Below are positions 12,343 through 21,522 of a stretch of 21,522 nucleotides of DNA, piece after piece; within the stretch, counting starts at the first letter, position 1; every line of letters begins with the position of its first letter. Position numbers and translations under genes: made by a program. This DNA is from Azolla caroliniana (lineage: Eukaryota > Plantae > Polypodiophyta), in the NCBI GenBank assembly GCA_043228905.1, contig JBHGNT010000528.1, forward strand, positions 1 to 21,522, written 5' to 3'. The notes beneath the pieces were generated by a model that saw only the letters and a list, made by a program, of their open reading frames with translations, did not search any database and was not told where the DNA came from.

Positions 12343-14006
12343 TGTTGTGTGGTTTTTCACACACAATATGAAAACTAGTAAAATAATTATTTAATATTAT
12401 CTTAATGTATTCATATAGATAGGTGTCTTCAAGAGTTTTATAGCGTATTTTACTACGCATGAAACGGATAAACAAGTATCAAGCTATGTGAGTGTGAAGT
12501 TTCAAGAAGAAGAAAGAAAAGACAAAACTGTGAGATATCCCACATAGATAGGACAACATTGGAACGTAGGATATATAAGAAAACCAAAACATATTCATTC
12601 TATCAATGTGTGGAACACAGAATGTTCAAGGTGACTTCGGCTACATTGTGTGGTGTGCACGCATCGGGCATACGCGTGTATGCACGGACGTGATTACGCT
12701 TCGGACGTATGTGCGTATGTGTGTATGCACGGTCGCGTTAACGCTTCGGGCATATGCGCGTGTGCATGGCCATGTGGATGTCTTCGGATGACACGTATGT
12801 GTGTATGCACGGTCGTGTTAACGCTTCGGGCGTATGCGCGTGTGCATGGCCATGTGGACGTCTTCGGATGTACGCGCGTGTGCAAGTTTTCGCGTGGACG
12901 TTTCGGACAAGCGCATGGATACATACACGGCGTGGTCAGGACGTGGTATGCACGGTCGCGTTAACGCTTCGGGTGTATGCGCGTATGTGTGTATGCACGG
13001 TCGTGTTAACGCTTCGGGCGTATGCGTGTGTGCATGGCCATGTGGACGTCTTTGGATGACGCGTATGTGCGTATGCACGGTCGTGTTAACGCTTCGGGGG
13101 TATGCGCGTGTGCATGGCCATGTGGACGTCTTCGGATGTACGCGCGTGTGCAAGTTTCAAGCGTACGCGTGCACGGTCGCGTGGACGTTTCGGACAAGCG
13201 CGCGGATACGTAAACGGCGTGGTCAGGACGTGGTATGCACGGTCGTGTTAACGCTTCGGGCGTATGCACGGTCGTGTTAACACTTCGGCCGTATGCACGT
13301 GTGCATGGCCATGTGGACGTCTTCGGATGTACGCGTGTGTGCAAGTTTCGGCCGTACGCGTGCACGGTCACGTGGACGTTTCGGACGAACGCGCGGATGC
13401 GTACATTGCGGCGCGGTCGGGACTTTTGCATGCGGACGAGCGCGCGGACGACCGCATAGTGTACGCATCCGCGCGCTCGTCCGCACACACGCGTGCAACT
13501 AAAAGCAGAGGCCATGCAACTAAAAATAGAGGCCATCCGACTAAAAGTGGGCATGCAAAGTAACATTGGGGAGGGAGGATCAACGAGGAGTTGGATATAT
13601 GTCCCATTTTTTCCCTACTAGTTTTTTTTTCCCCTCTTCCTTCTTCTTCCCTTTGGGTTTTCGAGAAACAAATTATCTCACATATTGATATCAAACTCCT
13701 AGCTTTGGGGACTCGATCTTTCTTGTCAAAAATTATCTCTCGTATTCATATCGGACCACTCCTTGCATGGTTGTTGGCTCCTTTCTTTGAAAAAATAATC
13801 TCTCATTTCCATACCCAACCCATTGTAACACGATTCTGAAATTATAAAGAATCGATTTTCTTTTGCAATAAAGGAATGATTTGTCTCTCCCACTTGTCTT
13901 ATGCTTAAAACTTGCTTGTGTTGTACGTGTTGCACTAAATCCTTCTAGTCCAGAACACCGGCGGTTCCGTCTCATGATCCGCACATAGTGACGGATTTTC
14001 ACGACA
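12343..14006 (+). mobile_element. Solo LTR (1664 bp) of a related Gypsy family
   Basis: TGTTGTG...CACGACA termini with a 4-bp TSD ACGG (12339-12342 and 14007-14010). Excision restores the in-frame gag ...RVKETVRPMKIGVEDP...YKLRSDIE. Confidence 0.92.
12650..13500. repeat. Complex CpG-rich, purine/pyrimidine-alternating minisatellite inside the solo LTR
   Basis: Core gtatgcacggtcgtgttaacgcttcggg recurs at about 12723, 12803, 12947, 12991, 13071, 13233 and 13262, with a higher-order period of 268 bp. Confidence 0.9.
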
Positions 14007-15206
14007 ACGGTTCGGCCCATGAAGATTGGTGTCGAAGACCCCGCTCGAAAGACAAGGACTGTGTGTACTTATAAGCTAAGGTCGGACATAGAGTAGACGA
14101 CAGACCTGAAGAAGATTCTTGAAGAACGCGTTCTTGATAGCCACGTGACTTTGTCCTTCAGGGAATTACTCGGCATTACGAAGAAGGAGTTCCTTGACAC
14201 GATCGTGGACCTTGTAAAAAGAAAGAGGCAACAATCGGACGAAGAAGAAGAGAAGCCACAAAAAGCAAAGACAAATGCCATAATGATGGCAAGGGACGAA
14301 GTTGATGAAGATATGGTGGACAGCCACTATACTCGACCTCATTGGGCACGAGCGACGACGGAAACGCCGGTGAAGATCGGGGAGAAGAAAGAGATTGTGG
14401 TAGCCTTGATCGACCATGGCTCGGAGATCAACCTCATGTCAACCGAGTTCTACAAAAAAGTAAGATGGCCTATCAATACAAACCACGGATGGAAGATTTG
14501 AGTGGCAACAAAGTCTACGGAGGACTTGTACGGAGCTTGTCCCAATGTTAAAGTCACGATCGGGGATGTGGAGATGGATCAACACTTTCGTGAAAGAATC
14601 GGCGTCGCATCCTGTCATCCTAGGACAATCGTATATCACATCATCCCGGATGGAGACCAAGGTGTTTGATAATGGAGCAGCCTTCGCACGAATCAAGAGT
14701 CTTGACAATCAAAGATTTGTTCAATTCCTAACGGTGCGAGCTAATCATGAAAGAAATCGAGATAGTCTTGCAGGCGAATCCCCGGATTTTTAGAGCGGAC
14801 TATTGAAGTATGGGGCACAAATAGTCCGAGCAATCACAAGTCCCCACAAGAAAATAGAGCATGTGGATTGCGAGGAGAAGCAACATGTGTCACACCTAGT
14901 GGCGCATGTAAACTAGTACTACCCGACAAGAAGGACAAGCATTGGATGCAAGACTTCGAGAAGATGCTGAAAGAAGAAAACATAATAGAAGAAGAGGAGT
15001 TCATGACCCATATTATGGAAGAAGCCTCATTTGAAACAGGTAATATGTCGCATTTTAAGAATACTACATTGAAAAAGGGCACAAAACCACGAAGTTTTTT
15101 AACATCTAAAAGTAATTTACAAAGTTTCAGATCATGTAGTAAAACGATCCCAAGCTTGAACCAAGTCAACATTTTAAGACATGTCTGATGGACTGGAAGA
15201 GCATTC

Positions 15207-16871
15207 TTACGTCTCATCCTCATCATCAGTGGCAATCAATGCATTATCTTTGTCCAATTCCAAGCCAACATCTTTTTGGTTATGAGAATTGCTTTTGGTT
15301 AGTCTCTGTATATTGTTTGATACCATATTTGGGATTTTCTCCTTTATTATCTTGATGGTGTCTTGGCTTAGATGGCCTGATTTTGTCAATGAGAAGTCGT
15401 ATACTAGTATGTCAACACGGTCTAGTGCAAGAGTAGCTGTGCTCGGTATATTCTTTCTTCTTCTCTTTCTGCTTGAACATCTGACATCCTTAACCATCTC
15501 TAAAGAATACTTTCTCGTAAATGCATCAGGTGAAGATGTCTGACACCAGTGGACCACAATTGACTTTGTCTGATTGCCTTCTTCATCTTTCACTAATTCA
15601 ATAATTTTTGCAATCCAAAATGGATGGCCCAAGTTATCAACCCCAGCTAATGTTGCGACCAACATTCCAACTTGTAATTCTTGCAAATTACCTTGCCATC
15701 TTGCCTCAACAATACGTGACTTTCTTGGTCCCACGTAAATATCTCTTTGCAGTGGTCGAACTAAATTATGAAGCTCTATATTATTCGATGGTTGATGATG
15801 AGTCGGCGATATCATTGATGGCACCCCAATATTCCATGTGAATGGGTTATGGATTGGCCAAAATCCGGCGATGTAATTATCTAAAATGGTGTGTTGATGG
15901 GTGAAGAAGATCTCCCACCATTCAACATCCTCATCACCAGTGTACTTCTTGGTGCGATCAATATTCTTTTGTTTCTCTTCAAGACATCGCAACCAATATG
16001 CCCTTTGTTCATCAATAGAACTATTGGGTGCCACATTTTTATGATCATCATATGGAATTTGTTGTGCACCATGCAGTGGTGCATCTAGGATATGAAGTAG
16101 GAGCCTACAACCTTCTTGGGGCTCCCATTGTGTACTAGATGAGTATTGTTTTGCAAACAACACCGTCATCTTGAGGTGGGCCGAGGTTTGTTTTATGAGG
16201 AAGACATGGTTGAAACTTATATTATTAAGAGGTGCAAGCACCCTACATTTAGTCTCATCACCATCCATGCAGAAACATTTAAAGTCGTACACTTCACTCA
16301 AGTGATGTACTTCAGGCTTTGGTGTATATGCTTCACTTATCAATTTTGATAGCGTGGTAAGCGTGAAGGAAGAGATTCCATAATTTAAAATGAAGAGATT
16401 CGCACAACATGTTTTGTTGAAGTCGCAAAGAAGTTGACGATCAGAACATAAAAAATTAAATCTCTTTTCACTAACTTGTCGAGGGATTCTTTTAAATACA
16501 AGTGGTTTACTAATACTACTATTATCTATAGAAGTATCGGACTCCGCTTCTAAGCTTACATGAAAAGGGCCATCAACAAGATCAATTGAAAAAAGAGAAT
16601 TCGAGGTACTAGGAGCCTCACTTTTCTATTTCTTACGCAAGCCTTTCGAATGTCTCTTGTAATCGTACTCTTCTATTGACAAATACGAGTTGTTGGACAA
16701 AGGAAAGGGGGCAATAGAAAAATAAGACGTTCTACTTGTAGAAGAATACATTCTCGAAACTATCAAGACAAACTCTATGGCACTACCATCAAAGGGCTAT
16801 ATACCAAACTCCTCTATAGAAAAGATTAAGGAACGTTGAATCTTTACTATATAACTATTAGAACTAGACAT
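15207..16871 (-). pseudogene. Putative transposase, probably internally deleted (DUF7869/Sola-like by recollection, unverified)
   Basis: One frame runs from ATG 16871 to stop 15207 (554 codons) with only two TAG stops (16797-16799, 16626-16628), extending the 378-aa ORF. Contains KTCCANL, then FTLTTLSKLISEAYTPKPEVHHLSEVYDFK..HVFLI..FAKQY..WEP and PFWIAKI..VHW..YSL..DFSLTKSG. No DDE catalytic core is recognisable. Confidence 0.55.
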
Positions 16872-17072
16872 GAGTTATTGGTTACACTATAACACTTTTT
16901 AGGAAGAGAAATTTCAAAAAACATTAATTAAAAATTAATTTTTATTTTAAAAAAACATATATATATATAATGAAGTTTCAATTTTCATTTTCATTATCGC
17001 GACAAAGAATCCATCGAGCTCAGACCACAGACTAATTTCAAGCACTCCGAAGCACTACCTCCGTCAGGCATC

Positions 17073-20000
17073 ATGAACAAGGGAAAGAAGATCGCCAGGT
17101 TAGCAATATTCTTTACATTTTTTAAGATTCTAAGAGATGCCTTAAAGATTCCTTTTCACAATAAGCAATAATCCCCAAATATTTTGTTAAGGAAACACAC
17201 CATCGAATTAAAATGCACTTAAACTTCACTAGATGGTTCAGGAGGAGTCATGTCACAATCAAGGCATTCAACCAAAATCCGATGCACTGCATCGGATTGT
17301 GGTTAAAAAATTGAGTTTTGCAGATAGAAAATTTATGTCCCTCATCACAGTTTTGTCATCATTTTGATACTATTTTTAGTGTTTTGCGTTTAATTGTTCT
17401 TTATTTTAGTGCTTTCTCCATCGTTTTTGTTCAAATAATATGGTCTTGTTCGTAATTAACCTAAATAGGATGTTGTCTTCATTTCAGTGACTCTCGTCAA
17501 AAAGTTCCTTCGTTTAAACTAAAGATTCACACTCCAACAAAGCGAGATTCTGACTCTTTTGTCAAAGATGTCTCTAGAAGAACTCTATTTGACTCAACGG
17601 GGGATGGAGCATCTAAGTCTTCTGTTACAACAACCAAAAATAGCAAGGGTGGGGCCTAGGAAGAGAAAACATCTAAACTTAAATATAAGAATTACCCAGA
17701 GTTAGAATGGTGTCTCTCTTATGTCGAGGAAGATGGGGTGCTACTCTTAATAACAGCTAAGTCAGACGGTAAAGGAAAATTGGAGCTTGGAAAAACATTT
17801 AACTATGGAGATGTAACCAAGCTAGAATATGAAGATAGTGATTCTTCGAGTATTATAATCGATGTCTTGATCTTTGTTGGCTCTAGACGATTGCGTCTTG
17901 ACGAGGGAAACCTAGTAGCAGAATGTTGCAACCCGAAGTCATTATGTAAAGACATTCAAACGATGAACAACTTATTAGTTGCACTGCGGTCGTATGTGAC
18001 AGGAGAAATGATGGGCAGTGAAGCACAAACTCCACCAAAAAAGTCTAGAAAGACAAATCCGGTTCATAAGAAATACAACAAACGACCACGACCCGACGAA
18101 GATGATGAAGAGGTTTTAGAATTTGTGGAGGAAGAAGAAGAGCACCAAGTCGACGTCATGGCTCCGGGAGGTCAACTATCTTCCGGTGTATTGACGTCTG
18201 AACAAAATAAAATAAGAGAAAATAGTGTTAAGACAAAACTTGTGCGTAAGGGGCAGTTGTTTCATTTGCCAATTACTTCAATCTAGAGACCTCCAATTGA
18301 TCCCTTGACTGGAAGACGTCCCCTAGAAATTAGAGGGTTGCACGTTGTCCATGTGCAAAACTTGAAGAGTAAAAGGAAAATTAATCCTCATGCTACTGTC
18401 GTGCCATTTTTAGTAATGGTCGATCAAGATCAATGTCCAACAGTAACAGACTTCAAGTATAGCTCTGTTGATGATTATACATATTATGTAATTGGAGGAT
18501 CGCATTCGGCTAAAGCTCGTAGACAACTTGTAAAAGAATACCCTCTCACCCCCTTCTTTAAGTACGCCGAATATAAAGTATATGTAGGACTCACTCACGA
18601 GGAGGCGAAGCTACTAGCATGGGACCATAACAATGATAATGATTATAAGCAAAAGATGTCATGCATTAAAAGGATGAGATTTTTTCATCATGAGTACCTA
18701 GATGCATTAAATTGTTTTGGCCCAAGGTTGTGGCCTGGTTTGCGTCGCTAGTGTTTACTGGAAGTGGGATTGCAGTGGATGAGAGCACAAAATCAGAAGG
18801 GCTATGAAAATATGATTCCTGGTCTCAACTAGCCTTTCGGACCGGAGAGGTGTGGGATCTCCAGGAAAAAATATTTAGCATGTGGGAGCGAAAAGAGGTC
18901 AAAGGGCAGAGGTCAAAGAAGGGAAGGATTGATCCACACGTTGAGATCAAATCGAAGTCAAAGGGCAAAAGCGACTTGGTAATCGAGGAGTTAGCAGAAG
19001 ACATGAAACTTTTACCTTGGAGGTCATTACAGGGTATTAAAGATGATAGGCTATTAATATCGGTGCTATCCCGAGTTGTTCCCAAGGAATTTAGTTTGGA
19101 CGAGATGGTTACTGAATTGCAAAAGTAAGGGTTTATAGTATACAATGTTTTAGGATATTCTTCTACTATTATTGATTTTTAATTTTTAATTTCATATATA
19201 TTGAATAGCCACAAGGTATACATGAAGATTCATGAGTTGATGATGCAAAAATTGAGTTTACCAACATGGGAAGAAGTGGAGCAAGCCTGCCCGATAACTT
19301 CTTCCTACAAGGCATTGGAGGAATATTTTATTGTTTTTAGAGAATGGGTATGTGTCATTTGAATGTTAATACATTGAAAGCTAATGTTCTCTCCTAACAA
19401 CATTGACACTTGCAGAAACCATTGAAATCAAAAAAGACCAACGACAATAATGATGGTATTCCAGCTGCCTTGATCACACACTTAGAACGTGCAAAGTATG
19501 AGAAGAGAACGACCAAAGGGAAAGAGATGGAACTGCCTGAGGATTCGGAGACTGTGAAGAGTTTTTTGCATAGGTCCAATCCTTATAAACAGTTACATTA
19601 TAGTGTATTTAATGGGGAAGTATCACAAATGCTCGATTTGTTACCGAGAAGGCACTACACTTTGCTGATAGCCAACATACCATATGGATTCCGAATTGCG
19701 GGATCAACATATGATGATGTGCCTTTCAAGTACCCCCAAATCGAGAAGATGGTAAAGGATTTCGTCGAACTGACATTGGCCCCCTTGTGGAGGATAATCA
19801 TATTCCATAGCATGGGGCAATCACTGTCAGCCACAACAACTCTGAAGTCACGTTGTCATGCCATTGAACACGTGCATTGGTGTGTCACAATTTGTTTTTA
19901 ATCATTATGATACTTGTTATTATATGTTGACATTCATACCTTTAAAACATGATTTTATTTCTCTGTAGGATTAAAACAAATATTACACATAGCCCTGGCG

Positions 20001-20671
20001 ATCGAATGGTTACTATGATTCAATAACAAAGAAGAAGGCTAGAGCACATGTCAACGAGCGTAACGTGGTAAATTATATCATGTGCCCAGCTGTCACAAAA
20101 AAATTAAGGCATGTTTCAGGTGATAAGAGTATGGTGAATCCTTATCAAAAACCTCAAAGATTGATCAACCGCCTCCTAGAGCTCTTCTCGAATCTAGATG
20201 ATTGGGTCCTAGACTTGTTCTCTGGCATAGGTATATAAAATATATTTACTTTGATTTCTGTCGATCAAGTTTAAGCCTTTAATTCTTATATATACGTGTT
20301 CGTGTTCATGCGGCCATTAGGTACTACAAACAGCTTGTGCATTGAAGATGTTTCGAAATTGTGTTGCGTTGGAGAAGGACCCTGCACAAGTTAACTTCAT
20401 CAAAATGAGGATCACAGGAATCTGGGACTATCCAGATCAGGATCAAGAAGTTGGAGCTAAGCACATCAATGAGACAGAGATGTTCCAAATGACTTCACGA
20501 GAACCAATGGAACCTATTGATGAAGAAGCAGGGGAGCTTGTGGACCTAGAAGATGTAACACAATTTGAACATACATCAGATTCAGGAGAGTGTGGAGATG
20601 ACACAAACGAGAATAGTCTAGAACAATCAGTGCCTAAAGAGCCTAGTGTGCCAGATTTGCTTATAGATTGA
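17073..20671 (+). pseudogene. Spliced ParB/Srx-like domain + beta-class DNA N6-adenine/N4-cytosine methyltransferase (~980 aa reconstructed)
   Basis: Exons 17073-17098, 17233-17301, 17488-19124, 19209-19347, 19416-19879, 19969-20230 and 20321-20671; all introns are GT-AG and phase-consistent (the first two exons are less certain). ParB-like YVIGGSHSAKAR (18485-18520) and YVGLTHEEAKLLAWDHN. MTase motif IV LLIANIPYG (NIPY 19674-19685), WIKTN, VNPYQKPQRLINRLLELFS (from 20134), and motif I WVLDLFSGIG|TTTACALKMFRNCVALEKD. Lesions: stops at 17657, 18284, 18749 and 18805; frameshifts near 18769, 20005 and 20329. Confidence 0.88.
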
Positions 20672-20805
20672 TTTAGATGGCATAATGTATACTTTGAGTA
20701 TTTTTGAGGCATAATGTATACCTTGACTTGATATTGTTTTTGTATATGAGAACAAAAGTAATCGTTTACCATTTAATTTTATTCACCCGTTCATAATTTC
20801 ACTAT

Positions 20806-21332
20806 TTAATCATTTTTTGAACTGTAATTTGTATATACATATGATTGGTCACCATGCTCTTCTCCAGTTTGGGGTATTAACATGATATTATACTTTCCCA
20901 TTTCTCCTAGCATGATTATATACATGAACTTGTGAATGTTCTTGATAATAAATGGTTTTTTGTTTGCTATGTTCCAAGTCTGTTGGTTTCAAATATTATA
21001 AATGAACGTGGTACATAATTGTTACTCTTACCAATTACATTGTGATGGATTATATGACATTATACAACGAAACTATCGATATACCCATCCAACAAGTGGG
21101 GGACTACTTTTTTCCTCAACCCTAAACCACATATTAACAGTTATGGTTTATGTAGTTTTACTCTACAATTTGAATATGCATACCAAATAAAGATGTTTAA
21201 TATTCAACCTAATATTCAATTGTACTCCAGGATATACAAATTGACACGAAAACAAGACGTATACAATTCACCAAATGCTTGGATTTTATTTGGTTCTATA
21301 TTTCACCATCCATTCGCAAAATAGGTACGCAT
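20806..21332 (-). pseudogene. Small two-exon gene of unknown function inside the TIR element
   Basis: Intron 21122-21183 (GTATGC...TTTAG on the minus strand) joins ...EPNKIQAFGELYTSCFRVNLYILEY...IFIW to VEEKSSPPLVGWVYR...MGKYNIMLIPQ. About seven internal stops. Start uncertain. Confidence 0.35.
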
Positions 21333-21430
21333 GCATTGTACATTTTTGAAATCATGCTAAATTAGGATACTTTTCTGCATCTCACCAACTATGGCAAAAG
21401 AGAATACGACATATTACCTGTTTCAAATGA

Positions 21431-21522
21431 CCCGGTGTTCAAGATCTTCAACCCATCAACAAGGTGACAATTTGAAATGCTGGAATCGGTCCGAGCGTGG
21501 ACGAATTTGTCGAGGCGTTTGC
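21431..21522 (+). pseudogene. Gypsy reverse transcriptase fragment (continues beyond the window)
   Basis: Translates to VQDLQPINKVTI*NAGIGPSVDEFVEAF, matching the Gypsy RT N-terminal 'D(L/Y)xxLNKVT...P..DE' motif. Confidence 0.85.

Larger units (their letters stand above)
10452..15026 (+). pseudogene. Ty3/Gypsy gag-protease pseudogene
   Basis: gag FDGRNVTKFLDAY...WSEFEKAI. Zinc knuckle CVWCDSMDHMRRDC (~11762-11803). YKLRSDIE..DLKKILEERVLD. Aspartic protease ALIDHGSEINLM (~14403-14438) and PVILGQSY. Interrupted by the triplication, the solo LTR and the TIR element. Confidence 0.9.
15027..21430. mobile_element. ~6.4-kb TIR DNA transposon carrying a ParB-like/amino-methyltransferase gene
   Basis: Perfect 24-bp inverted repeat TCATTTGAAACAGGTAATATGTCG at 15027-15050, with its reverse complement at 21407-21430. 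Gypsy coding sequence lies immediately outside both ends, and CC flanks both sides. Confidence 0.85.

Noticed and set aside
12606-13566. Numerous overlapping Cys/His/Arg-rich ORFs, or a CRISPR-like array
   Set aside because: These are artefacts of the minisatellite. The sequences between repeat cores are themselves repeated, not unique spacers.
14834-15235. ORFs of 133 aa (-) and 106 aa (+)
   Set aside because: Both cross the Gypsy/TIR junction at 15027 and are chimeric.
17073-20671. Bacterial contamination or a restriction-modification operon
   Set aside because: The gene has GT-AG introns, is nested in plant retroelements and has no recognisable nuclease partner.
21418-21522. Apparent upstream exon of the small minus-strand gene (open frame plus CAG|GTAA donor)
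   Set aside because: The donor-like sequence is part of the right TIR, and the plus strand beyond 21430 encodes Gypsy RT, so the phase match is coincidental.

Overview
Eukaryotic plant transposon nest (moss-like by inference) with no intact host gene. Positions 1-15026 and 21431-21522 are nested, degenerate LTR retrotransposons: a Ty1/Copia on the minus strand, interrupted by an 842-bp hAT-type MITE and a Gypsy LTR; a second Copia on the plus strand, whose LTR has a PPT before it and a PBS after it; and a Ty3/Gypsy with a 3x293-bp triplication in gag and a 1664-bp solo LTR with a 4-bp TSD. The main discovery is a ~6.4-kb element (15027-21430) inside the Gypsy pol region, bounded by perfect 24-bp terminal inverted repeats. 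It carries (i) a probable, internally deleted transposase on the minus strand, (ii) a divergent 7-exon spliceosomal-intron gene fusing a ParB/Srx-like domain to a bacterial/phage-type beta-class DNA amino-methyltransferase (N6mA/N4mC; motif IV NIPY, NPYQKP, motif I DLFSGIGTT), and (iii) a small convergent gene of unknown function. All three genes in this copy are pseudogenised. All assignments come from manual reading; no database search was run.
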